From assembly GCA_047030855.1 (NCBI GenBank), contig JBKYIJ010000008.1, positions 1,464,489 through 1,528,488 on the forward strand: 64,000 bases of DNA. Reading direction: 5' to 3'. Of the stretch, positions 19,888 to 30,857 are shown one piece after another (positions within the stretch are counted from its first letter, which is position 1; every line of letters starts with the position of its first letter). Under the pieces are notes generated by a model. The model had not been told where the DNA came from and ran no database searches. It saw nothing but the letters and a program-made list of their open reading frames with translations. A program made the translations under genes and the position numbers. Source of the stretch: Dysgonomonas sp. (GTDB lineage Bacteria; Bacteroidota; Bacteroidia; Bacteroidales; Dysgonomonadaceae).

Positions 19888-20576
19888 ATGAACAAAGACT
19901 ATTGGGATAAAAGAGCAGTGCAGTTTAAAGACTCTTTATTAAAGCAAGTCGGTAAAACCGTAAACGGTAAAGATGTTGACGAAAATCAGTTACTGCTTAT
20001 TATTGACAGTATTGTTGAATCTTTGAGAATTACTCCAAAGGATGCGGTTGTTGATCTTTGCTGTGGCAATGGGCTTGTTACAAATAGAGTCGCCCGTTCC
20101 GTGTCTGAAATAATCGGAGTTGATTTTTCTGCTGACCTAATAGAAACAGCGAAATCGAATATTTCGCCTACTGAAAAAAAAAAATTAAATATATAGTTGC
20201 CGATGTAATGCATTTACCGGAAGAACTTTTCTTAAAATTTCGTAAATTCTATATGTACGAGGCTTTACAGTATTTTAACCCGGTAACGTTTTCGGAAGTG
20301 TTGAAGAAAATGAATGTTATGGAAAAAGGTTCGCTTTTCTTTATCGCAAGCATCCCAGACAAAGCCCATCTGTTCGAATATTACGATACTCCTGAAAAAA
20401 AGAAATTCTATTATGAATGTGAAGAGCGTAAAGAACCGCATATTGGTTATTGGTGGGACGTTGACGATTTGAAGGGCATATCGGAAGAGAACGGGTTTGA
20501 TTTTACTTATCTAAACCAATCTCCGGATTTATATACCGGTTATTACAGGTTTAACTGTTTACTTGAAAAAAAGTAA
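19888..20576 (+). CDS. Class I SAM-dependent methyltransferase, split by a frameshift in an A11 run
   Basis: VVDLCCGNG and GVDFS in the first part; YEALQYF and YRFNCLL in the second. The run at 20174-20184 joins them as EKKIKYIVADVMHLPE. Confidence 0.75.
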
Positions 20577-20610
20577 TATTCGGCATCAAAGGTTAAAACA
20601 GCATTTCTTC

Positions 20611-20931
20611 TTAATTAAGAATAATATTATATTCGGGATGCTTCTCTATATATGCTTTTGTGTAAGGGCAAACAGGGATAACCGTTATTGAGTTTTCTTT
20701 TGCGTATTCGAGCAATGCTTTTGTCATAGCGGCGGCAATGCCTTTTCCCTCAAGTTCGGGCGGGACTTCCGTGTGGGTAACCCGCATACATCCGTCGTCG
20801 TCAATATAATAATCTACTTCCGATATCAAATTATCGATTATTACTTCAAATCTTTGTTGCTCAATATTATGTCTTACGTCGTATTCCATGCTATGTAAAC
20901 GTGGTTTATCCTGATATTGTTCATTATCCAT
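20611..20931 (-). CDS. GNAT acetyltransferase (YjdJ/Acetyltransf_CG-like)
   Basis: THTEVPPELEGKGIA and IPVCPY motifs. Confidence 0.88.
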   Translation of the reverse strand: MDNEQYQDKPRLHSMEYDVRHNIEQQRFEVIIDNLISEVDYYIDDDGCMRVTHTEVPPELEGKGIAAAMTKALLEYAKENSITVIPVCPYTKAYIEKHPEYNIILN

Positions 20932-20942
20932 TGCCTTGTAAT

Positions 20943-20976
20943 AAAAAAGGGCGTTAAATTATTTAACGCCCTTTTT
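20943..20976 (-). terminator. Intrinsic terminator after eno
   Basis: AAAAAAGGGCGTTAAAT-t-ATTTAACGCCCTTTTT, perfect stem. Confidence 0.85.
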
Positions 20977-20996
20977 GGTATGAAGCATTTTACTGA

Positions 20997-22358
<1,362 letters not shown>

Positions 22359-22647
22359 CTATTTTTTTTCATCTATAAAATTCTTTTAGGTTCAAAGAAT
22401 GTGAAAAATAGCAAAGTGTCAGCGATTTATTTTTTTAATGTGACGTATCCTTATTGTATCTTCATTTCTAACGGATTGGACTGTTGTTTGTTCAGATTGA
22501 TTCTAAAGACAATTTTAGTAGGTGTTTTTGATAATATACTCTGATTCAGTACTATATATTGATGTACGAAAATGCAATAGTTAAAATGATAATAGTTTTT
22601 TATTAATATTTGTATTTTTAATTGCCCTAATTGTTGGTAAGTTTATT

Positions 22648-22655
22648 TATTTTTG
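22648..22655 (+). promoter_or_regulatory. -7 promoter element for the PEPCK-like gene
   Basis: TATTTTTG 34 nt upstream of ATG 22690. Confidence 0.5.
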
Positions 22656-22689
22656 AAATCGGAAAAAATAATCAATAATATAAAATCAC

Positions 22690-24420
22690 ATGCAACAAGA
22701 ATTTACTTTGAGTAGAGGCAAGGCTACGATCAATTTTACGTTGAAGTTTTGCGATACGCGGCAAAAAATATTAAACAGTTACGGTTTCAGAAGAGTTATA
22801 GAAAGTTTTATCGGTCAATTGAAGAAGGAAGACCTTGTGATCTATAATCATTACATGAAATCTTTTAAAGACGAGGATGAGTTTGCCGAAACCCTTATCG
22901 AAATCTTTAAACTGTTGACTGTGTGTTATCGTGACGAAATTCCGAAACTGCACAGCCTTTATTCTATTTTCCTTGACGATCAGGATCTGTTTATCGAAGT
23001 GATTGAACTTCTGTATAATTATTGGAGAAAGCTTGAGAGAATAACAATCGTTCGCAACAGTCAGGTGGGCGAAGGGCTTCAGAATGTACGCTTTACTCAG
23101 GCTAACGACTTGTTTGACGAACTGGTGCTTTCTATCTATCGCCGTATTACGGAAACCGTTATGGGGCGTAAACTTCGTATATACAGGCAACAGATTGCGG
23201 GAGCAAACGCAGGGTTGACGCTAAACGACGTTGTCTGGAATTGTCCGTTGGAATACAAAGGTATTTCGTCGGTTCCGTTCATCAGTTCCGTTGTGTTCCA
23301 TCCGCCTTTGATCACTTACACGAAACGCAATACCCGTGACGGGATTTTTCAGGAACATTCCGACAATCCTTTGCAGGGAATAGTACTGGACGACAATTCT
23401 TGGTTCGTATATCCTGCCAAAGTGGGTAGTATGCTCACGTTTGTGTATATCCATAAAGATTTTATCGATCATGGACTGGGACTGGCTAACCTTTTTGAAC
23501 TTGCGGAAGAAGACGAATATATAGGAAAGAAACCCGATATAATTTATTTGTTCGGTTATCCTGACGGGCACGACGAAAAACGTACATTCTATTATAAGGA
23601 TAAAAAGAACGACGTCTTAGTCGGTTATGCCAATTATTGTGACGATATCGACTATTTCGGTTACATGAAAAAAATGTTGCTGACGCTTCACAATATCAAG
23701 CAAATGGAACAAAACCGTTTACCTATACACGGAGCTATGGTAAACGTTTTGCTTAATAACGGAAAAGAATCGAATATCATCATCATGGGCGACAGCGGCG
23801 CAGGAAAATCGGAAAGCCTTGAGGCATTCAGGACTTTGAACGAAAAATTCATTCGCCATATGCGTGTTATCTTTGACGATATGGGTTATCTGAGACTCGA
23901 TGAAAAAGGCGTCGTAAAAGGTTACGGAACCGAGATCGGAGCATTTGTCCGTACCGACGATTTAGATCCCGCCTACGCATACCAGCAGCTTGATAGCGGA
24001 ATATATTCCAACCCCGATAAAATAAATGCCCGCGTAACGATACCCGTATCTACCTACGAGATTATTTCGAAAGGGTATAAAGTGGATTATATGCTGTATG
24101 CGAATAATTATTCCGAAGCCGATAAGAAAATACATTTTTATGACAATCTCGACGATGCCATAAAAGTATTTGAAGACGGTGCCCGTAAAGCAAAAGGAAC
24201 TACAACCGAAAAAGGGCTTGTGAAATCTTATTTTGCCAATCCGTTCGGACCTGTACAGGAACGCCCGTTGGCTGAAAAGCTTGTAAGGGAATATTTTACC
24301 GCTATGCAGAAAATGGGAACGAAAATCGGCGAGATACATACTTCGCTTGCCATAGACGGAAAAACAAAGACAGGACCTCGCGACGCTGCCGAAGAATTGT
24401 TCACGATGATCAATGAATAA
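22690..24420 (+). CDS. Non-canonical phosphoenolpyruvate carboxykinase-like P-loop protein
   Basis: DYFGYMKK, LPIHGAM, P-loop GDSGAGKSE, IFDDM, GTEIGAFVR, NARV and YFANPFGP motifs, in the same order as PEPCK active-site motifs. Confidence 0.75.
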   Translation: MQQEFTLSRGKATINFTLKFCDTRQKILNSYGFRRVIESFIGQLKKEDLVIYNHYMKSFKDEDEFAETLIEIFKLLTVCYRDEIPKLHSLYSIFLDDQDLFIEVIELLYNYWRKLERITIVRNSQVGEGLQNVRFTQANDLFDELVLSIYRRITETVMGRKLRIYRQQIAGANAGLTLNDVVWNCPLEYKGISSVPFISSVVFHPPLITYTKRNTRDGIFQEHSDNPLQGIVLDDNSWFVYPAKVGSMLTFVYIHKDFIDHGLGLANLFELAEEDEYIGKKPDIIYLFGYPDGHDEKRTFYYKDKKNDVLVGYANYCDDIDYFGYMKKMLLTLHNIKQMEQNRLPIHGAMVNVLLNNGKESNIIIMGDSGAGKSESLEAFRTLNEKFIRHMRVIFDDMGYLRLDEKGVVKGYGTEIGAFVRTDDLDPAYAYQQLDSGIYSNPDKINARVTIPVSTYEIISKGYKVDYMLYANNYSEADKKIHFYDNLDDAIKVFEDGARKAKGTTTEKGLVKSYFANPFGPVQERPLAEKLVREYFTAMQKMGTKIGEIHTSLAIDGKTKTGPRDAAEELFTMINE

Positions 24421-24446
24421 AAATATATTCTACCTTAATTTTACGG

Positions 24447-24472
24447 AAGGCAACTCTTTTGGGTTGCCTTTT
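24447..24472. terminator. Intrinsic terminator between convergent genes
   Basis: AAGGCAACTC-tttt-GGGTTGCCTTTT. Confidence 0.7.
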
Positions 24473-25369
24473 ATTTTGTTCCCAGATACAGGAATATCAT
24501 GCCTATTATTATCAGTATAAGATCGAGGAGCTTTCCCTTGAGGTTCTTTTCGTGGAAGAATAATACTCCGCCCGCAAACGATACGAGAACCGATCCGCGA
24601 CGCACCATCGAAACAATCGAGATCATCGCCTCAGGATCAGTCAGAGCGTAAAAGTATATGAAGTCGGCTATCGTCAGGAAAACCGATACCAGCAGTATGC
24701 TCCACTTCCATCTGAACTTTGTGCTTTTCTTTCGCCTCGGATACCAGAGTATAACCAAAACGACCAGCATCATGATACATTGATAGAGATTGTACCAGAC
24801 TGGACGGCAGTGGAGCTCATCGTTTGCATCAGGTATTTGTCGTACAATGCGCTTATCGCACCCAACGCGGCAGCCAGAAATATGAAAAAAATCCACTTAT
24901 CATGCGTGAATCGGATACCCTCTTTTCTCCCTGTTAACGACAACAGAAATACCGAAATGACGGTGAGCAGAACACCGATCCACTGATACGGGTTGAGTCT
25001 CTCACCGAATATAAGAAGTGCGCCTACAAGCGTCATCACAGGGCGTGTGGCGTTGATCGGTCCTGTTATTGTCAGCGGCAGGTGTTTGACTGCGAAATAT
25101 CCGAATATCCACGATGAAAGTACGATTACCGATTTCAGCAGAATGTAAAGATGATCAGTCGGATTTATCGCAGGGATATAGAAGATAGTTTCCGTAAGAA
25201 CGTTCTGCCCGAATCGGGAAACAATGAACAAGGGCAGAAGCAGAAGCGTACAGAATAAAGTGTTGAAAAACAATACGGGAATTACGGCATTGTCTTTCAG
25301 CGATATTTTTTTGCTGATATCGTAGCAGCCGAGAAAAAATGCGGACAAAAAAGAGAGAAACAACCACAT
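24471..25369 (-). CDS. DMT/EamA-family transporter, one-base frameshift near 24799
   Basis: About ten TM helices over two track ORFs (GCYDISKK, GPINATRP, ALYDKYL, SIVSMVRRGS). Adding one base joins AVQ to WYNLYQ. Confidence 0.85.
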
Positions 25370-25371
25370 GG

Positions 25372-26142
25372 TTAACGGTTGCCTCCTTCTTGATTAAGAA
25401 ATATGGATTCGGGATACTCAATGTCTTCAAGAAACAGTCCTTGAGCAGGAGCGGAAGTCCCTGCCGTGCGTCTGTCCTGAGCCTTTATTATGCGTTGCAT
25501 TCCTCTTACGCTAAGCCTGTCTCTGCCTGCTTCGAGCAATGTGCCGACAATGGCGCGTACCATGTTTCTTAAAAAACGATCTGCTTTGATCGTGAAGATG
25601 AAATCACTGCCCTGCCTTTCCCATTGCGCATACATTATTTTGCAGACGTTGGTTTTTACGTCTGTGTGCGATTTGCTGAAACTCGAAAAGTCTTCAAATT
25701 CGAACAGGACATTTGCGCATTCGTTCATTTTTTCAATATCGGGTACGAAGAATAATCTGAGATGCGTATTAACCTTAAACGGATCTTTCTCCGTTGTCAG
25801 GTAGTATCGGTAAGTTCGTGACGTTGCGTCGAAACGTGCATGAGCCTCATTTGTGACAGGTACGATCTTTTGTATGGCGATGTCTTTGGGCAGAAAAGAA
25901 TTGAGCTTTTCGCATAAAGGCTGAAGTTCGGAAATATCCAATTCGGCATCGAAATGCGCAACCATCATGCGGGCATGTACTCCTGCGTCGGTTCTTCCCG
26001 CTCCTGTAATTTCGGTTGGCGTTCGGAGAATTGTCGAAATAGCCTTTTCCAGCACTTCCTGCACGGTTGTGCTGTTCGGCTGATTCTGCCAGCCGCTGTA
26101 ATTCGTGCCGTCGTACGACAAGTATATAAAAAATCTTTTCAT
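25372..26142 (-). CDS. truA: tRNA pseudouridine(38-40) synthase
   Basis: SYDGTNYSGWQ, GAGRTDAGVHA and FLRNMVRAIVG motifs. Confidence 0.96.
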   Translation of the reverse strand: MKRFFIYLSYDGTNYSGWQNQPNSTTVQEVLEKAISTILRTPTEITGAGRTDAGVHARMMVAHFDAELDISELQPLCEKLNSFLPKDIAIQKIVPVTNEAHARFDATSRTYRYYLTTEKDPFKVNTHLRLFFVPDIEKMNECANVLFEFEDFSSFSKSHTDVKTNVCKIMYAQWERQGSDFIFTIKADRFLRNMVRAIVGTLLEAGRDRLSVRGMQRIIKAQDRRTAGTSAPAQGLFLEDIEYPESIFLNQEGGNR

Positions 26143-26149
26143 CTTTTTG

Positions 26150-26806
26150 TTATCTGACTGTTATGTGAAAACAGGCTTGTTTTTTTTCATGTTTTATATA
26201 ACATCTGTCCTGTTGATGCAGATCGTAAAGAACCTGCCCCAAAACCAGCTTTAGTTTATCTGTGTTGACGTCTTTATCGTTCGGGTTTATTTTTTCATAT
26301 CTTTTCCACGATATGTCGAATGTCGTTCCGTAGCAATGTGCTGAGTTATGGCTGGCATTGAAATTCCTTTTTGTCAGTTTTTTTATGTCTTCGTCAGTCC
26401 GTGTAATGCTTGTCAGAATCAGTTTGTAGGGAGGCAAGCCTTTGTTTTTTAACGAATCGCTAAAATTCACGCTTATGTCTATCAGCAGTTCCGACGCTTT
26501 CGGAACCAGAAAAGGGATAGAATGGCTGAGCTTATCGGTTGTAAAATAGGGGAGTGCCTTCGGTATTCTCACAAGTTCGTCGCCGATTTTCGATGTGTCG
26601 CTTTTTGCCGAAAGCGGCTTTATCCCGTTCCTTTTGGCTGCTTCGATATGTTTGTCGTGCAGATCGTTAAAGGCTTTGTTATAGTTGCCTGAAAAGCGAG
26701 TCCTTTTTGTGCTTTTTTGATCTTGTCCGTCGTTATTATTGTCCGAATTGCAGCTTACGAGAAATAAAGAAGCTGAAACAAATAAAGTAAATAATGCGTA
26801 TTTCAT
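26150..26806 (-). CDS. DUF5715-family lipoprotein (probable M15/LAS zinc peptidase fold)
   Basis: Lipobox LVSC; HSIPFLVP, TSITRT, SAHCYGTTFDIS and ACFHITVR motifs. Confidence 0.75.
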   Translation of the reverse strand: MKYALFTLFVSASLFLVSCNSDNNNDGQDQKSTKRTRFSGNYNKAFNDLHDKHIEAAKRNGIKPLSAKSDTSKIGDELVRIPKALPYFTTDKLSHSIPFLVPKASELLIDISVNFSDSLKNKGLPPYKLILTSITRTDEDIKKLTKRNFNASHNSAHCYGTTFDISWKRYEKINPNDKDVNTDKLKLVLGQVLYDLHQQDRCYIKHEKKQACFHITVR

Positions 26807-26848
26807 TAACCTAACCCCCTAAATATGAAAAGACAAAAGTACAAAAAG

Positions 26849-26880
26849 AAAAAGAGAATTGTTTATGCAATTCTCTTTTT
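26849..26880 (-). terminator. Intrinsic terminator after rbr
   Basis: AAAAAGAGAATTG-tttatg-CAATTCTCTTTTT. Confidence 0.75.
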
Positions 26881-26903
26881 CATATTCCGATTGATTTCTT
26901 TTA

Positions 26904-27482
26904 TCAGAAATTCCATTTCAAAGGTTCGAAAAACGCTTGCGGATGCAAACATGCGGGACAGGTTTTCGGAGCAGATTTTCCGTGATGCACGTATCCGCAG
27001 TTGCGGCATTGCCAGTCAATAGCTTCGTCACGGCTGAATACTCCGTTCTTTTGCACTCTTTCCAACAAGGCTTTGTAGCGTCTTTCGTGCATTTCTTCCA
27101 CTTTTGCCACCATACGGTACATTACGGCAACTTCTTTGAATCCTTCCGCTTCCGCAATGTCTGCGAATTTAGGATAGTCTATCGCCCATTCTTCGTGTTC
27201 GCCTGCCGCCGCTTCTATCAGATTTTGTTCGGTAGTGCTCAACGGGCCTGTCGGGTAAGAAGCCGTGATTTCTACCATTCCTCCTTCAAGGAACTTGAAC
27301 ATACGTTTTGCGTGTTCTTTTTCCTGATCGGCAGTTTCAAGAAATATAGCGGCTATTTGTTCGTACCCTTCTTTTTTCGCTACGCTTGCGAACATTGTAT
27401 AGCGCATCCTCGCTTGGGATTCACCTGCAAACGAGGTCAAAAGACATTGTTCTGTCTTTGTCCCTTTTATGCTTTTTTCCAT
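26904..27482 (-). CDS. rbr: Rubrerythrin
   Basis: FAGESQA, EKEHA and EEMHE diiron ligands; C-terminal CRNCGYVH...CPACLHP rubredoxin-like site. Confidence 0.96.
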   Translation of the reverse strand: MEKSIKGTKTEQCLLTSFAGESQARMRYTMFASVAKKEGYEQIAAIFLETADQEKEHAKRMFKFLEGGMVEITASYPTGPLSTTEQNLIEAAAGEHEEWAIDYPKFADIAEAEGFKEVAVMYRMVAKVEEMHERRYKALLERVQKNGVFSRDEAIDWQCRNCGYVHHGKSAPKTCPACLHPQAFFEPLKWNF

Positions 27483-27707
27483 AAGATAAAATATTTAGTT
27501 GATCTTTACTTACAAAATTAACAAATTAAAATAGGAAACGCCAGAAGATTTAATACCTTTGCTCTCTTAAAAAAACATAAGATTTAAGGGGTTACTAATG
27601 AATAAATTAGATGTGTTCTAAGTTATGGATAATAAAACAGGTTAATATCCTTTCATCCAGATTGTTTATTGTTATTTAAAATTTGTTAATTTCATTGTTC
27701 GGTGATT

Positions 27708-29405
27708 ATGAAATCACAGTTTTTAAAAGACTTTACGCCGCAATTCTTTATCTCTCTTAAAACTTACAACAGAGAAAAATTCATGGCCGACCTGATGGCA
27801 GGTCTCATAGTCGGCATCGTTGCCCTTCCGTTGGCTATCGCCTTCGGTATAGCTTCGGGTGTCAGCCCCGAAAAAGGTATTTATACTGCGATTATAGCAG
27901 GGTTCATTATTTCTTTTTTGGGAGGTTGCACCGTTCAGATAGGAGGTCCTACGGGAGCGTTTATCGTAATTGTGTACGGCATAATCCAGCAATACGGATT
28001 TCAGGGACTGGTCATAGCTACTTTTATGGCAGGGCTGATGCTTATTCTGATGGGATTTCTGAAATTGGGGAACGTTATCAAATTTATGCCTTATCCAATC
28101 ATTGTCGGATTTACGAGCGGCATTGCCGTAACTATATTTTCTACCCAGATGAAGGATCTTTTCGGCATGACAATAGAAAAAGTGCCTTCGGATTTTCTTG
28201 CGAAATGGGAAGTCTATTTTCAGAATCTTAACAGCATCCACTGGCTGACCTTCGTTGTCGGGTTTATCAGTATTCTTATTATTGTGGCTTCGTCCAAGGT
28301 TATCAAAAAAATACCCGGTTCGCTGATTGCGATTATTGTTATGACGGTTGCTGTTTTCCTTCTGAAATATTTTTGCGGAACAGAAGGCATCGAAACTATC
28401 GGCGACAGGTTCAGTATCAACAACAGTTTGCCCGAAATGTCGGGAGTTTCGCTCAATATAGAAACAATTAATACGCTGTTTCCTTCCGCTTTTACGATAG
28501 CGATGCTCTGTGCTATCGAATCATTGCTGTCCGCTAAGGTTGCGGACGGCGTTACGGGTGCGCGTACGAATGCCAATATGGAACTTATAGCGCAGGGCGC
28601 TGCCAATATCGTTTCGCCGTTGTTCGGCGGAATACCTGCTACGGGAGCGATTGCCCGCACCATGACGAACATAAACAACGGCGGGCGTACTCCTGTTGCG
28701 GGAATGATACACGCTGTCGTACTTTTGCTGATTGTGTTGTTTCTTAGTGATTTGACAAAACATATACCAATGGCGTGTCTGGCAGGAGTGCTGATAATAG
28801 TCTCTTACAATATGAGCGAATGGCGGAGCTTTGTCGCTTTGCTGAAAGGCTCTAAGTCGGATGCTGCCGTTTTAGTAATAACTTTTCTACTGACTGTCAT
28901 ATTCGATTTGACGATAGCTATCGAAATAGGTTTGCTTCTTGCTGTTTTCCTTTTCTTGAAACGCATATCGGAATCAACTAAAATTTCGGTTATCGAAAAG
29001 GAACTCGATCTGAGCGATGAGGGAGAAATAAGCCACCCCGACGAGAAATTGCAAATTCCGAACGGCGTGGAAGTTTATGAGATAGACGGTCCTTTCTTTT
29101 TCGGCATTGCGAATAAGTTTGACGAGAGCATGCGTATTGTGGGTGAGAAGGCAAAAGTCCGCATTATCCGCATGCGTAAGATTCCGTTTATTGATTCCAC
29201 AGGCGTTTATAATCTTGAAAGCCTGTGCAGGAAATCGCAAAAGGAAGGAATACACGTGATTCTGTCGGGAGTAAGACCTGAGGTACGGAAATCGCTTGAT
29301 AAGGCGGATTTTGTTTCTTTGGTAGGAGAAGATAATATTTGCAGCAATATAAATATTGCTTTGGACAGAGCCAATAAATATCTGGCAGAGGAAGAAGAAA
29401 AATAA
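27708..29405 (+). CDS. SulP/SLC26 anion permease with STAS domain
   Basis: GIVALPLAIAFGIASG, QIGGPTGA, AIESLLSA, GPFFFG and FIDSTG motifs. Confidence 0.94.
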   Translation: MKSQFLKDFTPQFFISLKTYNREKFMADLMAGLIVGIVALPLAIAFGIASGVSPEKGIYTAIIAGFIISFLGGCTVQIGGPTGAFIVIVYGIIQQYGFQGLVIATFMAGLMLILMGFLKLGNVIKFMPYPIIVGFTSGIAVTIFSTQMKDLFGMTIEKVPSDFLAKWEVYFQNLNSIHWLTFVVGFISILIIVASSKVIKKIPGSLIAIIVMTVAVFLLKYFCGTEGIETIGDRFSINNSLPEMSGVSLNIETINTLFPSAFTIAMLCAIESLLSAKVADGVTGARTNANMELIAQGAANIVSPLFGGIPATGAIARTMTNINNGGRTPVAGMIHAVVLLLIVLFLSDLTKHIPMACLAGVLIIVSYNMSEWRSFVALLKGSKSDAAVLVITFLLTVIFDLTIAIEIGLLLAVFLFLKRISESTKISVIEKELDLSDEGEISHPDEKLQIPNGVEVYEIDGPFFFGIANKFDESMRIVGEKAKVRIIRMRKIPFIDSTGVYNLESLCRKSQKEGIHVILSGVRPEVRKSLDKADFVSLVGEDNICSNINIALDRANKYLAEEEEK

Positions 29406-29454
29406 TCTTTACTTTTTTAATTATCATATACTTGTTTTTTTGAAATAAACTGCA

Positions 29455-29462
29455 TACTTTTG
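29455..29462 (+). promoter_or_regulatory. -7 promoter element for rpmH
   Basis: TACTTTTG 46 nt upstream of the ATG. Confidence 0.6.
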
Positions 29463-29508
29463 CAACCCGATTGTATTGAAGAAAAAATAACAACAAAAAT
29501 ATACAGCG

Positions 29509-29661
29509 ATGAAAAGGACATTTCAACCATCGAACAGAAAAAGAAAAAACAAACACGGATTCCGTGAAAGAATGGCTACTGCTAACGGACGCAGAGTGTT
29601 AGCTTCCCGCAGAGGAAAAGGAAGAAAAAAACTTTCGGTTTCTGACGAGTACAGCAGATAA
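29509..29661 (+). CDS. rpmH: 50S ribosomal protein L34
   Basis: Below the ORF-track length cutoff. Manual translation: [50 protein letters not shown]. Confidence 0.98.
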   Translation: MKRTFQPSNRKRKNKHGFRERMATANGRRVLASRRGKGRKKLSVSDEYSR

Positions 29662-29691
29662 TTGCTGAAAAAGATATTTTGCTTTTTAGCA

Positions 29692-29730
29692 AACAAAAGT
29701 AAGGATTAGTAAATAATTCTTACTTTTGTT
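29692..29730 (+). terminator. Intrinsic terminator after rpmH
   Basis: AACAAAAGTAAGGATTA-gtaaa-TAATTCTTACTTTTGTT. Confidence 0.7.
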
Positions 29731-29759
29731 GTTTACGGAGGTTTGTAAATGTTCTTGAT

Positions 29760-30269
29760 GTGACTTGGTTCGATATTATTATAATTATTCTTGTCATTGC
29801 ATCCTTTATCAGAGGTTGCATATCGGGTTTGGTAAAACAGCTCGCTTCATTGGCAGGGATAATTATAGGAGCCGTTTTCGCGGGACAAGTCGCGAAATTT
29901 CTAAGTCCGCATATACTGCAAATTACAGACTTGCCCGACTATGTGGTAAATCCTCTTTCCTATCTCGTCGCCTTCGTACTTATCCTTATCGGTTTCCTTT
30001 TTTTGGGAAGAATGGTTCACAGCCTTGTCGAAGCTTTAAAAATGGGCAGCTTGAACAGATTGGCGGGAGCCGTCTTTTCGGTTGCAAAATGGCTTATCGT
30101 AGCCAGTATACTGCTGAATGTAATTGTGGAATTCGATCAAAAAGAAAAGATCATCACCAAGCAAATTAAGGAAGAATCGCAAACTTATCCCTATGTAGAA
30201 GCGATAACGCCTTATTTTATTCCTTTTTTAAAGTTTGATAAGCCTCACGAGCAGGAAAAACCGAAATAA
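29760..30269 (+). CDS. CvpA (colicin V production) family membrane protein
   Basis: WFDIIII...IRG...GLVKQLASL, LNRLAGAVF and ESQTYPY; four TM segments. Confidence 0.88.
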   Translation: MTWFDIIIIILVIASFIRGCISGLVKQLASLAGIIIGAVFAGQVAKFLSPHILQITDLPDYVVNPLSYLVAFVLILIGFLFLGRMVHSLVEALKMGSLNRLAGAVFSVAKWLIVASILLNVIVEFDQKEKIITKQIKEESQTYPYVEAITPYFIPFLKFDKPHEQEKPK

Positions 30270-30309
30270 AAACCTATTTTTGTTTTCTTGAAAGTTCGTA
30301 TATAAAACT

Positions 30310-30849
30310 ATGCATCCTTTATCTCAATTCCGATATTGTCCCAAATGCGGATCAGATCGTTTCGTGGAGAATAATTTTAAGTCTAAAAAATGCCTTTCCT
30401 GCGGATTTGTCTATTACTTCAATTCTTGTGGCGCTACCGTTGCGATAATCATTAATAAAGAAAACGAACTGCTTGTTGCAACGCGTGCTTCCGATCCCGC
30501 AAAGGGGACTTTTGACCTGCCGGGAGGCTTTGTCGATATGTACGAGACAGCCGAAGAAGGCGTTATGAGGGAAGTAAAGGAAGAGACAGGTCTGGACGTT
30601 TCCCGCGTCGAATACTTATTTTCGTTGCCTAATATTTATGTTTATTCAGGATTTGAGGTACATACGATCGACCTTTTTTTTCTGTGCCATGTTGGTGATA
30701 CAAGTAAATTGGATGCGGAGGATGACGTCGCAAAACTGCAATTTATAAAATTGGAGGATATTGATCCTGAACAATTCGGGCTCAATTCGGTTAAAACAGG
30801 TATAAAAAAACTGCTATCGTCAGATATACTAAAGAAAAAAAATCAATAA
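30310..30849 (+). CDS. NUDIX hydrolase with N-terminal zinc ribbon
   Basis: YCPKCG and CLSCGF; Nudix box PGGFVDMYETAEEGVMREVKEETG. Confidence 0.9.
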   Translation: MHPLSQFRYCPKCGSDRFVENNFKSKKCLSCGFVYYFNSCGATVAIIINKENELLVATRASDPAKGTFDLPGGFVDMYETAEEGVMREVKEETGLDVSRVEYLFSLPNIYVYSGFEVHTIDLFFLCHVGDTSKLDAEDDVAKLQFIKLEDIDPEQFGLNSVKTGIKKLLSSDILKKKNQ

Positions 30850-30857
30850 AATCAAAT

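Noticed and set aside
22398..22416. Possible Rex-like operator (ATGTGAAAAATAGCAAA) in the eno-PEPCK spacer
   Set aside because: The right half-site is too degenerate to distinguish from chance in AT-rich DNA.
29188..29556. 122-aa - strand ORF
   Set aside because: Overlaps the end of sulP and the start of rpmH on the opposite strand.
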